From: Omnitrophica WOR_2 bacterium GWF2_43_52
GTDB lineage: Bacteria > Omnitrophota > Gorgyraeia > Gygaellales > UBA12090
Direction of reading: 5' to 3'
Length of the DNA: 64,000 nt
NCBI GenBank assembly: GCA_001805445.1
Contig: MHGF01000022.1
Coordinates: 10,613 to 74,612 of the forward strand
Positions 33,389 to 42,293 of this stretch are shown piece after piece; the first letter of the stretch is position 1; each line of letters begins with the position of its first letter. A program made the translations under genes and the position numbers. Below the pieces are notes generated by a model, which made no database searches, was not told the origin of the DNA, and worked only from the letters and a program-made list of their open reading frames with translations.

Positions 33389-34466
33389 CTTTAAATTGAA
33401 TTATATCGTTTTCTTCTATGGCTTTTCTCTGGCGCCCCTTAGGCGTGAATGGAGGAATTCTTCGAATTTTGATTTTATTCTTTGCTTCTAAACATTTTAA
33501 GGTATCCCTGAATTGACTCTCTAAGTAAACAGTCGAATCGATATTATCCTCAAGCAACGATTTAAATGATACTTCTTTGCCGAGATATTTTTTAAATAAT
33601 AACTCTATTATCTCACTTTGTTTTATATCCGCAAGTTCAAATAATTCTAGCTGACCAGAGCGGAATCCGCGATATTCCACTCGTCCGAGATTGTATTTAG
33701 CAAAAGACGATTTCATAATAGAACAGCCCATATAATAATTAGATAAATGAAAAAGATAATAATAAGTTTTGCGTTTCTCAGGAAATTCAAGTTTATAATA
33801 ATACACAAATTTAGAAAATGTCTTTAGCTGTTCCCTGTAGTGCTCGATAATTCCTTTCTCTCTTGCCTGCCCTTTCAATGTTTTGAATATCTGCCAACCG
33901 TTTCCACCAAATAAATCATTGTAAACATTCTCAACTCTTGGTGCAGATAAAAACTGATTTATTCGCGTAAACATAAAATTCAACAATATCTCTGATTTCT
34001 CAACGCTCATAATCTTTTTTAAAGTTTCCATCTTTATTTTGAATCCAAATGGATCTATAAAAACGAATGTTGGCGCAATATTCTTTACCGTACTAATAAC
34101 ATTATTTATGGTTTCATCAAAATCTTTGTCCACCATAAATGGCTTTATTTTAATCTTCGAATAATCCAGAATTTTCTGTATATTCTCCAAGTGTTCTTTG
34201 CTTTCATCAACAATAATAACATTTATATCTCGAGAGTTTTTTAAAGCTATCCTCTCAATAGCCTGACAGACTAATACCGGTGAACCATAAAAAAGCTTTC
34301 CTTCTTTATCTTTATATCCCCCAATCCCACCAAAACCATCGATAAAATTAAGTTTATTATATTTCCCGACAATTTTTATCCATTTATCAATATAATCAGC
34401 AAAAACAGAGTGCTTGGTTTTAGTCTGTTCTTCGTACTCCCAGGTTTTAAATGGCAATTCACCCAT
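33369..34466 (-). CDS. tcmP: Three-Cys-motif partner protein TcmP (methyltransferase-like plus wHTH)
   Basis: T..KH, FIDGFGG.G, GSP, FVFIDPFG, SEILLNF. Confidence 0.85.
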   Translation of the reverse strand: MGELPFKTWEYEEQTKTKHSVFADYIDKWIKIVGKYNKLNFIDGFGGIGGYKDKEGKLFYGSPVLVCQAIERIALKNSRDINVIIVDESKEHLENIQKILDYSKIKIKPFMVDKDFDETINNVISTVKNIAPTFVFIDPFGFKIKMETLKKIMSVEKSEILLNFMFTRINQFLSAPRVENVYNDLFGGNGWQIFKTLKGQAREKGIIEHYREQLKTFSKFVYYYKLEFPEKRKTYYYLFHLSNYYMGCSIMKSSFAKYNLGRVEYRGFRSGQLELFELADIKQSEIIELLFKKYLGKEVSFKSLLEDNIDSTVYLESQFRDTLKCLEAKNKIKIRRIPPFTPKGRQRKAIEENDIIQFKDESDRA

Positions 34467-34479
34467 AATTATACTTTTG

Positions 34480-35460
34480 TTAAAACTGTTTAAATTTATA
34501 TTTACGAGTTAACAGTTTAACTTTTGCTTGTAAATCAGAATCAGACCCGCAAGCTGAAGCTTTTTTTATATTATAAGCTTCTGCTAGGGGTTGAAAAATA
34601 TTCTCGGTTAAGTCGTATATCTTTTTATGTAATCCTTCGCAATACTCAAAAATATCACATTCCATCAAGAGATCATCAAAATATGATTTGAGATTGTCTT
34701 CTTTTGACTTTCCATACGTAATACCTTGCTGAAAATAGTATGGCCATTGCCGGGAAAGAAAATGGTAGAATTTCTCATCGTTATCGTGGAAAAGAAATCC
34801 GCTATGATACCTAAAATGAGCCATTTTATCCCTATAAAGTTTAAATAGCTCAAACCACTCATTATTGCTATCATCGAGTATTTCCATTTTAATAAGATTG
34901 TTTATATCATCCTGATATTTTTCATCAGCTGAAACAATGGTTTTTTTACCCGAAGCAGCTGACGTTTTTAAGCCATCCTTGACTTTCTTTACAATCTCGG
35001 CAAAACTCGCTCTGCCGAAATTACCCCATGATAAAACAGCGCTTATGACTTCAGCGGTAGAATCTAAAATTGAATACATATTGATTAATAAAAGCTGAAG
35101 GCACCTGTTGAAGTGCTTAGGCGCTGAGGGATCAAAAGGCTCATTTTTTAGTTTCTTTATGGGGTTATAGGTATCAGCGTCATATTTTTTCATCAAATCA
35201 AACAACTCATGGTAATCCTCAAAAGAGGATTTTATTAAATCGACACTTGCGCCAAGATGAGAAAACATTATTCTTTGGTCATCAGCCAAGAACTTCGGGC
35301 ATTTATCAAAAGAAAAATAGTCTGCCTCAACATAAAATTTAAACAAAGGTTCAGGAATAACCTTGCTATTACGTGCCACTATCCATGAATCTTCGGGACA
35401 TGTTCTGGCTAATAGTGCTGATACAACAACATCTGCGGTTAAGCAATCTTTAAATTTCAT
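34480..35460 (-). CDS. Putative HEPN-domain protein (Cthe_2314-like)
   Basis: YSILD..AE helix and RDKMAH (RxxxxH). Confidence 0.55.
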   Translation of the reverse strand: MKFKDCLTADVVVSALLARTCPEDSWIVARNSKVIPEPLFKFYVEADYFSFDKCPKFLADDQRIMFSHLGASVDLIKSSFEDYHELFDLMKKYDADTYNPIKKLKNEPFDPSAPKHFNRCLQLLLINMYSILDSTAEVISAVLSWGNFGRASFAEIVKKVKDGLKTSAASGKKTIVSADEKYQDDINNLIKMEILDDSNNEWFELFKLYRDKMAHFRYHSGFLFHDNDEKFYHFLSRQWPYYFQQGITYGKSKEDNLKSYFDDLLMECDIFEYCEGLHKKIYDLTENIFQPLAEAYNIKKASACGSDSDLQAKVKLLTRKYKFKQF

Positions 35461-35565
35461 TATTCTAATCTTTCAATAATTATTTCTTAGACCAAGCGCC
35501 AATGTCATGTGCAGTCAACTGGATTTAATCAATTTAAACCAGCATATTACGCTACGAACTGCGAA

Positions 35566-36831
35566 TTATTTAGAGAAAATGCCATGGTCAACAAGCAATG
35601 GTGTTATAGAAGCGTCAACTAAACATCCGACAATTGCGCCCTTGCCTTCTTCAAATAGTTTTCGCGCCTCAATATTGTAATTTTCTCGAAGCTTTTTTAA
35701 GTCGGAGACATTTTCATTCCTTTTTAAATCAGTTTCGAGTTTAGCCATAAAATTAACAAGGTTATCGTAATTTAAACCTAATAAAAGCGTATTTCCTAAA
35801 ATAAAATCTTTAACTTCTATATGTTTCGCCGTTGCCGCAATCCATTCTTTTTGCGAAATATGATTTGCCCCTACGGCAAAGAGGGCACAAATATACCCCT
35901 CTGCGAGGGTTGCCTTTAGTGAATATATTGAACTTTTCTCTAAGTCATTTTCATCTAACAGTTTTTCTAATGCTAATATCCGCGCGTAGCTCTCTTCGTA
36001 CTTCTTTTCATTCGCTATTTTAGAAATATCTTGTGTTTCTTTAAGAGCATACTTCATGATTTTTTCCTTATCGATATTATTCTTTGCAGTATCGCCATTT
36101 TCGCGAATTGGAGGAAATACTTTCTCCGTGAAATCTACTATCTCTAATTTCCACCATAAATGATTTTTATGGTCGCCGAACTTACGGTAACGCTTACTCG
36201 GATAGTAATAGTCGTGGTCTGAAGGCGATATAGATTTACTATGAAATTGCTCCAAATTCTTAAAATCAGTTATGTTCAATCGAAATAAAATCGCGTCCAA
36301 CGGAATTTCCCGAGTTATAAGTGAGCTTATCTCGTCATATCTTCCTCGATTTAAATGTATTATCAATTCATTCGTTCTAAATAAATATGAGCAGGCCAGG
36401 GATTCCGTTAAAAACGGAACTCCTTCTAAAGCTTTTTGTTCTTCGTCAGAATAAAGGTCTGAAAAACAAAATTCATAGAAAGTCAGAGGATTTAGATAAT
36501 TCCCATTCGCATCTTCTATTTCAAAATAATCATTGAATTTTTCATCTTCATACGTCCAGATTTTTGCTCGACAGTAGTTATTCGCGTATAATTCCATTTT
36601 ATATGTAACACTGAATTTCTTTTTAGATATTTTCTCTACCGCTGAATCATCGTAGCTAGTTTTATTTTTAATCGTCTTTAGATAAAATGCTGGAAGTGGG
36701 GTAAGAGAAATGCTAACAATCTGATCTATCCCAGTAGGATTTACTATTTTTTCTATTAATGGACATTTGCAATGTAAACACGCTTTAATATTATCATCAT
36801 ATGATTTGTTGCATTTAGGACACTGTTTCAT
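35566..36831 (-). CDS. Hypothetical protein with N-terminal Zn-ribbon and helical C-terminus
   Basis: CPKC...CLHC; SD GAGGAGG; 421-aa ORF. Confidence 0.65.
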   Translation of the reverse strand: MKQCPKCNKSYDDNIKACLHCKCPLIEKIVNPTGIDQIVSISLTPLPAFYLKTIKNKTSYDDSAVEKISKKKFSVTYKMELYANNYCRAKIWTYEDEKFNDYFEIEDANGNYLNPLTFYEFCFSDLYSDEEQKALEGVPFLTESLACSYLFRTNELIIHLNRGRYDEISSLITREIPLDAILFRLNITDFKNLEQFHSKSISPSDHDYYYPSKRYRKFGDHKNHLWWKLEIVDFTEKVFPPIRENGDTAKNNIDKEKIMKYALKETQDISKIANEKKYEESYARILALEKLLDENDLEKSSIYSLKATLAEGYICALFAVGANHISQKEWIAATAKHIEVKDFILGNTLLLGLNYDNLVNFMAKLETDLKRNENVSDLKKLRENYNIEARKLFEEGKGAIVGCLVDASITPLLVDHGIFSK

Positions 36832-36862
36832 GGTTACCTCCTCACATCTCTTTAGTTAACTT

Positions 36863-36940
36863 AAAAAACAAAAACCTCCGCCACTACTGGCGAAGGTTTT
36901 AATTATTTTTACGTGGCAGTTCCCCCTTCAAACATACCAC
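36863..36940 (-). promoter_or_regulatory. Hairpin plus terminator leader
   Basis: GTGGTATGTTT/AACTGCCAC stem, then AAAACCTTCGCCA/TGGCGGAGGTTTT plus TGTTTTTT. Confidence 0.55.
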
Positions 36941-36991
36941 TTTACTTATACTTAATCGTTGTCTTACATATAGCATAAATTTACCGCCGAG

Positions 36992-37189
36992 TCAAACAAT
37001 TTTTGCCAAGTCATCAAGCGAAATGCCTAAAGATTTTGCTATGCCAACCATAGTGGAAAAAGTAGGATTTTTTGACTCCCCAGATTCAATCTTCACAATC
37101 GTGTTAAAAGATACATCTGCCAAGCAAGCCAGTTTTTCTTGAGATAAACCTTTTTTTAGCCTTAATTCTCTAATTTTCTTAGCTGACAT
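36992..37189 (-). CDS. XRE family HTH regulator
   Basis: IRELRLKKGLSQEKLA...IESG...NP...IAKSLG. Confidence 0.88.
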   Translation of the reverse strand: MSAKKIRELRLKKGLSQEKLACLADVSFNTIVKIESGESKNPTFSTMVGIAKSLGISLDDLAKIV

Positions 37190-37392
37190 TCTCTGACTTT
37201 ATATACTTTTACATATAAACTTTTATTAATAGCGTTTGCCCTATAGCGAATTTAATATACCACATTTTGAGCTTATTTTCCAATCAAAATCGGCAGCAAG
37301 ATGGGCATCAAGAAGCATTGATTTTTGCTTACTTGTATTAAATAAAGCCTAACTTTATTTAATAAACACGCTATGAAATTATCCCGGACTAT

Positions 37393-37441
37393 AAAATTTT
37401 TGCACGAAAACAGCTCTTTTTTACGTCTTATATAGTAGGAG
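37393..37441 (+). promoter_or_regulatory. Shared ECF-type promoter motif, copy 1
   Basis: AAAATTTTTGCACGAAAA-N13-CGTCTTATATAGTAGG. Confidence 0.65.
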
Positions 37442-37502
37442 TATAGTGGTAAAAACTATAACCATTTATGCCAAAAAACGCACTATATGAGGAGGGGAAT
37501 AA

Positions 37503-38207
37503 ATGTTCAAAAAATATTCAAAGCGGATAAAACAAAGAATACGCAATTTAAGAAGCCGAGGCTGGTCATTGGGAGAAATTGGTTTAAAAACGGGCATACC
37601 TAAGAATACCCTGTCTGAATGGGTCAGAGATATTCAGCTTTCTAAGGCTCAAGAAAAACGAATAAAAGAAAAGGAAATAGCATCAGCGGCCATTGGAAGA
37701 GATATAGCCAGAAAAATATTGCGTGAAAAAATTGATAAATGGAAGGAAAAAATACGAGAAAAGGTAAAACATTTTGGCAAATCAGCTTTACTAAATCAAG
37801 AAATGGGAAAACTTGTATGTGGATTATTATATCTGTGCGAAGGCTCTAAGTATCCTTCTACCAGATGTTTGATTTTCGGTAACTCCGATCCTAGAATAAT
37901 CAAGGCGTTCCTTAATTTATTAAGGAACTATTTCCGTATTCGAGAGGACAAGTTACGCTGCAGAATCACTCCTCGTTGGGACCAAAACATTAATAAGTTG
38001 CAGATTTTCTGGTCAAATATTACTAAGATTCCTATTGAACAATTCTACCACACAATACCTGACAAGCGTACCAAAGGCAAGACTACTGGAAAGGAAGATT
38101 ATCAAGGAGTTTGCGTTATATATTATTGCGATACCTCATTACAATTTGAGTTACAATCAATCGGTGAAGCAGTAATTAAAGGTGTAGGGGGGAAATCGAA
38201 AAGTTAG
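37503..38207 (+). CDS. HTH plus LAGLIDADG-like protein abutting tRNA-Ala
   Basis: N-terminal HTH (GWSLGEI...IPKNTLSEWV); LYLCEGSK, FGNSDP, FWS.IT.IP..QF. Confidence 0.65.
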   Translation: MFKKYSKRIKQRIRNLRSRGWSLGEIGLKTGIPKNTLSEWVRDIQLSKAQEKRIKEKEIASAAIGRDIARKILREKIDKWKEKIREKVKHFGKSALLNQEMGKLVCGLLYLCEGSKYPSTRCLIFGNSDPRIIKAFLNLLRNYFRIREDKLRCRITPRWDQNINKLQIFWSNITKIPIEQFYHTIPDKRTKGKTTGKEDYQGVCVIYYCDTSLQFELQSIGEAVIKGVGGKSKS

Positions 38208-38280
38208 TGGAGCTGGAGGGGATCGAACCCTCTGCCTCTTCCATGCCATGGAAGCGCTCTCCCAGGTGAGCTACAGCCCC
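38208..38280 (-). tRNA. tRNA-Ala(GGC)
   Basis: GGGGCTGTAGCTCA...CTTCC-ATGGCAT-GGAAG...GGTTCGATCC...CAGCTCCA; G3:U70; CCA not encoded. Confidence 0.96.
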
Positions 38281-38346
38281 ATAAAAGCAGATTTAAGAAC
38301 TAAGAATTAAGATCTAAAAAAAACTATTTTTAAAACGACAAGTTAA

Positions 38347-38739
38347 TTATTCTTGCTTTAAATACTCCGATAGCTTCTCCCAAGTGCGGCTGCCCATGAC
38401 TCCATCTGCATTTAATCCATTTGCTTCCTGGAATTTTCTGATTGCTTCTTTGGTCGCGGAACCGATTTGCCCGTCTGCCTCACCTTTATAAAATCCGGCA
38501 TTCTTTAGCGCGGTTTGAATCTCGGTGGCTACCGGCATCTTAAAGACTACTTTTTGCTTTTTCGTGGCATCGGTCAAGGCCTCTGACAACGCATTCACCT
38601 TGTCTTTTAAGGCGCTATTCTCCTTTTGCAGGCGCTCAACTTGCCCTTCAAGCGAATTTATTTTACCCTGATACTCCAGCGTGGCGCATCCTGATGCCCC
38701 AAAAATTAAAAATAACCCTAAAAATATAGTTCTACCCAT
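38347..38739 (-). CDS. Lipoprotein with coiled coil and peptidoglycan-binding domain
   Basis: ASGC lipobox, IQTALKNAGFY...DG.IG..T...FQ..NGL.ADG. Confidence 0.85.
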   Translation of the reverse strand: MGRTIFLGLFLIFGASGCATLEYQGKINSLEGQVERLQKENSALKDKVNALSEALTDATKKQKVVFKMPVATEIQTALKNAGFYKGEADGQIGSATKEAIRKFQEANGLNADGVMGSRTWEKLSEYLKQE

Positions 38740-38835
38740 TTGGCTTTTCTCCTTTTTTAGAAGAGTAATTATACCCCAGCTTTCTTTGTTTGACAAATAT
38801 TATTTTAGGTGCTATATTTTACTCATTCTTCCTTT

Positions 38836-38918
38836 GCTGGAGTGGTGGAATGGCATACACGCCAGTCTCAAAAACTGGTGGGGTCACACCCGTGTGGGTT
38901 CAACTCCCACCTCCAGCA
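38836..38918 (+). tRNA. tRNA-Leu(CAA)
   Basis: GCTGGAG/CTCCAGC acceptor, CCAGT-CTCAAAA-ACTGG anticodon arm, long variable arm, GGTTCAACTCC. Confidence 0.96.
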
Positions 38919-38930
38919 TTTATTATTTTT

Positions 38931-39003
38931 GGGTTCTCCCGTCCCTCTTGTTAGCTTGCGCGGCGGGATCCCGCTACGCGGGAAACTCCCTTCCCCGGCA
39001 CCA
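38931..39003 (+). other. tRNA-Leu-like 3' fragment interrupted by a 47-bp palindromic insert
   Basis: GGGTTC[TCCCG...CGGGA]AACTCCCTTCCCCGGCACCA. Confidence 0.6.
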
Positions 39004-39031
39004 TATCTTCCTCCTATCTCATAATCTCCTG

Positions 39032-39081
39032 AAAATTTTTGCACGAAAACCGCCTCTTACTCCGTCTTATATTGTAGGAGG
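39032..39081 (+). promoter_or_regulatory. Shared ECF-type promoter motif, copy 2
   Basis: AAAATTTTTGCACGAAAA-N13-CGTCTTATATTGTAGG. Confidence 0.65.
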
Positions 39082-39088
39082 CGAAGAT

Positions 39089-39613
39089 ATGGCTGATTTA
39101 ATATCTACAGAAATAATAACTGCAAATATTTTAGTTATAAGAGGTAAAAGGGTTATGCTAGATAGTGATTTAGCTGTGCTTTATGGCGTAAAGACCGGAA
39201 GATTAAACGAACAGGTAAGTAGAAACATTAAAAGGTTTCCGGAAGACTTTATGTTTCTGCTTACCAAAGAAGAGGCTTTAAGCTTGAAATCGCATTTTGC
39301 GACTTCAAGCTGGGGCGGCGTAAGAAAACTCCCTCGCGCCTTTACCCAAGAAGGTGTCGCTATGCTCTCAGGTGTGTTAAGCAGCGAACGCGCAATTATG
39401 GTCAATATACAGATTATGCGCGCCTTTACTCATCTAAGGCGCATGCTTCTAACCAATAAGGACCTCAAACGAAGAATTGAAGAAATGGAAGAGAAATACG
39501 ATAAGCAGTTTGCGATAGTATTTCAAGCTTTAAAACAATTATTGGAACCTGCGCCGACAAAACCAAAATCGCAGATTGGGTTTCGTATGTATAATGATTC
39601 TGAAAAAAGTTAA
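39089..39613 (+). CDS. ORF6N domain DNA-binding protein
   Basis: IRGKRVMLDSDLA.LYGV, RNIKRFPEDFMF, AFTQEGVAMLS; start MADLIS after SD AGGAGG. Confidence 0.92.
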   Translation: MADLISTEIITANILVIRGKRVMLDSDLAVLYGVKTGRLNEQVSRNIKRFPEDFMFLLTKEEALSLKSHFATSSWGGVRKLPRAFTQEGVAMLSGVLSSERAIMVNIQIMRAFTHLRRMLLTNKDLKRRIEEMEEKYDKQFAIVFQALKQLLEPAPTKPKSQIGFRMYNDSEKS

Positions 39614-39697
39614 ATTCTAATGGCGAGGGTGGTATAATATTATATATTCAATCATTCTTAGAACAAAGTTAATAACTCAAAAAAGGAGACAGAAACC

Positions 39698-40015
39698 ATG
39701 TTCATTAAAGGCATGACTTTAACAAGTACTGTGCTATTAGCTTGGGGGTTTTATTATATTATCCTTAGAAAGGCTTATGATAAACAAAGCAGGTCAAGAA
39801 ATAATTGGATTATAGGATTAATTTTTATGTTAAGTTCTAAATTATACGACATCATCATGTATAAAATTCATCATGGCATCAAAGATGAAATCAACTCAAC
39901 CGATACTGCATTTTTTATAATATCTATTTTTGTTTCGATAGCAACCATAGCAAAGATATTAAATAAAATAGAAAAAATAAAAAAACTGGATTCGAAGGAC
40001 GAAAATATTAGTTGA
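39698..40015 (+). CDS. Small membrane protein, hypothetical
   Basis: SD AAGGAG, three hydrophobic segments. Confidence 0.6.
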   Translation: MFIKGMTLTSTVLLAWGFYYIILRKAYDKQSRSRNNWIIGLIFMLSSKLYDIIMYKIHHGIKDEINSTDTAFFIISIFVSIATIAKILNKIEKIKKLDSKDENIS

Positions 40016-40039
40016 CGCTTTTCAATCGAAAGTTATTAA

Positions 40040-40654
40040 ATGGCACACATAACACATGTTCCTTTAAATTTTGAAGAAGCTTGGGATTTAGCTGACTTGG
40101 AGGGCAGGAAACATGATTTGGAGTGGGTGAAAGAAGTCAGTCAAAAATATCTACAATGTTTTGACAAAATTAGCGATTTTATTATTCATGATGTTTTCTG
40201 TTCTGCAATAATTGTGAGATATGGACGCGCTCATAACAAAGGGCGTAAGAAAATTATGCCAGCCGAATGTTTCAAAGGCTTAACGCAAGAAGAAAAAGAT
40301 AAGCATAATTTTTTTATGAACTTGCGAAATAAACATTACGCGCATTCTGCGAATAACTACGAATATAATATCCCCAAAGCATGGATTAGAAACATAGATT
40401 CTCCTGGCCCAGAGTTTGATCAGGTAGGTGTAGTACATGAACGTATTGTCGGATTAAGTATCCAAGAAATACGGGATATTATGTCTTTGGTAGAAAAATT
40501 ATTACCGAACCTAGAAAACAAGATTAAAGAAACAAAAAATACGGTAACAGAGATTGCAAAACGGATTTCGATTAGCGAATTGATAAAAAATAAATTTCCA
40601 GAAATACTTACGACAAAGGAATCCGCCGGACAACCAAGAAAACGAAAACTTTAA
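40040..40654 (+). CDS. Putative HEPN-domain protein
   Basis: AIIVRYGR helix and LRNKHYAH (RxxxxH). Confidence 0.6.
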   Translation: MAHITHVPLNFEEAWDLADLEGRKHDLEWVKEVSQKYLQCFDKISDFIIHDVFCSAIIVRYGRAHNKGRKKIMPAECFKGLTQEEKDKHNFFMNLRNKHYAHSANNYEYNIPKAWIRNIDSPGPEFDQVGVVHERIVGLSIQEIRDIMSLVEKLLPNLENKIKETKNTVTEIAKRISISELIKNKFPEILTTKESAGQPRKRKL

Positions 40655-40690
40655 GTTGGAAAACAATGAGTATCCGGAGGCTAAAAGAAA

Positions 40691-41083
40691 ATGGATATAA
40701 GAAAAATTAAAAGAAGGCAGTGGTTGATTGTGATTCTTTTGGGTATCCCGACTTTTATACTAGGAAGATTCTTTCTGAAATATTACAGTAATTTATTGAC
40801 TATAGTCGTACTTCTTGTATGGCTGGGTACCCTTCGACTTATACTCCTTTTAGTTGAGAAAATTCAGAGAAAACCTATTAAGCAGATTCAAAAGAAAATA
40901 GACGCTTATGAGAAAATAACAAAAGAAGAATTTGAATTTTGGCAGAAGAATTACAATGGTCTTACAAATTATGGCACTTATGAAAATTATTTAAGAATCT
41001 GTGACTTGCCTCCAGACAAGCGAGATCCTTTCAGAGGGGTAGATTTTTCGAAAATATTTAAAACAAATAAAAATGAACATTAA
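40691..41083 (+). CDS. Two-TM hypothetical protein
   Basis: SD GGAGG, two hydrophobic segments. Confidence 0.6.
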   Translation: MDIRKIKRRQWLIVILLGIPTFILGRFFLKYYSNLLTIVVLLVWLGTLRLILLLVEKIQRKPIKQIQKKIDAYEKITKEEFEFWQKNYNGLTNYGTYENYLRICDLPPDKRDPFRGVDFSKIFKTNKNEH

Positions 41084-41199
41084 TAAAATTATATTCTGAT
41101 AAGAGTTATTAAAGTTTTAGCTATAAAGATAGAAGAAACATAAATTTTCATCTCCGAAACAAATTTTTTTGTTGGCTCTCAAACCATCTCCACAAAAGG

Positions 41200-41228
41200 C
41201 TCGGCATGCCGCACCGCCGAGTTTTTTT
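41200..41228 (+). terminator. Intrinsic terminator
   Basis: CTCGGC/GCCGAG stem plus T-run. Confidence 0.55.
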
Positions 41229-41247
41229 TGTTGCTGATTGCGGCATA

Positions 41248-41446
41248 GCGGACGAGCATAGGTAGTTTTTAGGGGACTAGAGCGAGGACGCTGGGGTTGG
41301 CGGCGCCGCCGCCAGCCCCAAGCCTAGCCGAACACGCACGGCATTAGCTGGAAGCCTACCGCCGAGGCAGGCGCCGAGTGAGTCCCGCTCCCAAGCGGGG
41401 CGAACGGTGCAAGGGAGATGCGGAAGCGCGCCCAAGCTCGCGGGAC
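41248..41446 (+). repeat. GC-rich structured element with GAG/GAA-interrupted stems
   Basis: GGGGTTGGCGGC/GCCGCCAGCCCC and GCCGAGTGAG-hairpin-CGAACG, motif shared with the 160-bp repeat. Confidence 0.5.
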
Positions 41447-41575
41447 ATTATTTCATTGACGAGGAATTGTGATTGTAATAATCTTGGAGTGAATAGTTTA
41501 TTTGACAAATTGCCTTTTGGGGCATTCCTCATAGGAAGAGCACTATCTTGTTCCTTTTCCTAAGATTCCCTCTAA

Positions 41576-41623
41576 AAAATTTTGCACGAAAATAGCTTCC
41601 TTTTACGTCTTATATAGTAGGGG
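41576..41623 (+). promoter_or_regulatory. Shared ECF-type promoter motif, copy 3
   Basis: AAAATTTTGCACGAAAA-N13-CGTCTTATATAGTAGG. Confidence 0.65.
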
Positions 41624-41720
41624 CAATATTTTAACCCTAATTTGGCCAATTAGATGCCAAAGTAAACCTTGATGCGCCATTTTGGCACATCAAATCGGGC
41701 GTTGGAAGGAGGAATACACT

Positions 41721-42293
41721 ATGTCTAAGGCTATCACCGCGGAAATCATCGCTGCAGAAATTCTAGAATTTAGAGGAAAAAAGGTAATGCTGGATCGTGA
41801 TTTAGCAACACTTTATGGAGTTACTCCTAAAGTTTTGAATCAAGCAGTAAAAAGAAATATCAAACGTTTTCCTGAGGATTTTATGTTTCAGCTCTCTTGG
41901 GAAGAAACAGATTCTTTAAGGTCACAATTTGTGACCTTAAAGAATACAAGACTCGAAGCCTCCAAAAGAGGCAAACATATTAAATATCTCCCCTATGTTT
42001 TTACAGAACACGGTGTAGCTATGCTCTCCAGCGTTTTAAACAGCGAAAGAGCCATACAAGTGAACATCCAAATTATGAGGGCTTTTACTAAATTAAGAGA
42101 AATGCTGCTAACTCATAAAGACTTAGCAGAAAAGATTGAGACCCTTGAGAAGAAATACGCCGAACATGATCAGGCTATTAAGGCAATATTTGAAGCAATT
42201 AAACAGCTCCTTGAGCCGCCGCTAGCAAAACCAAAGCCACAGATTGGATTCCGCTCTTATAAAGAGCCTACAGAAGAAGTAAAATATGCCTAA
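41721..42293 (+). CDS. ORF6N domain DNA-binding protein
   Basis: RGKKVMLDRDLA, RFPEDFMFQL, FTEHGVAMLSSVLNS. Confidence 0.92.
   Translation: MSKAITAEIIAAEILEFRGKKVMLDRDLATLYGVTPKVLNQAVKRNIKRFPEDFMFQLSWEETDSLRSQFVTLKNTRLEASKRGKHIKYLPYVFTEHGVAMLSSVLNSERAIQVNIQIMRAFTKLREMLLTHKDLAEKIETLEKKYAEHDQAIKAIFEAIKQLLEPPLAKPKPQIGFRSYKEPTEEVKYA

Noticed and set aside
38681-39088. 136-aa N-terminal extension of the ORF6N ORF in the track
   Set aside because: It overlaps tRNA-Leu and an opposite-strand gene; SD and homology start at 39089.
41170-41280. Phage c4/CI-type antirepressor leader RNA
   Set aside because: CTCAAACC is present but I found no complementary target repeat downstream; kept only as a terminator.
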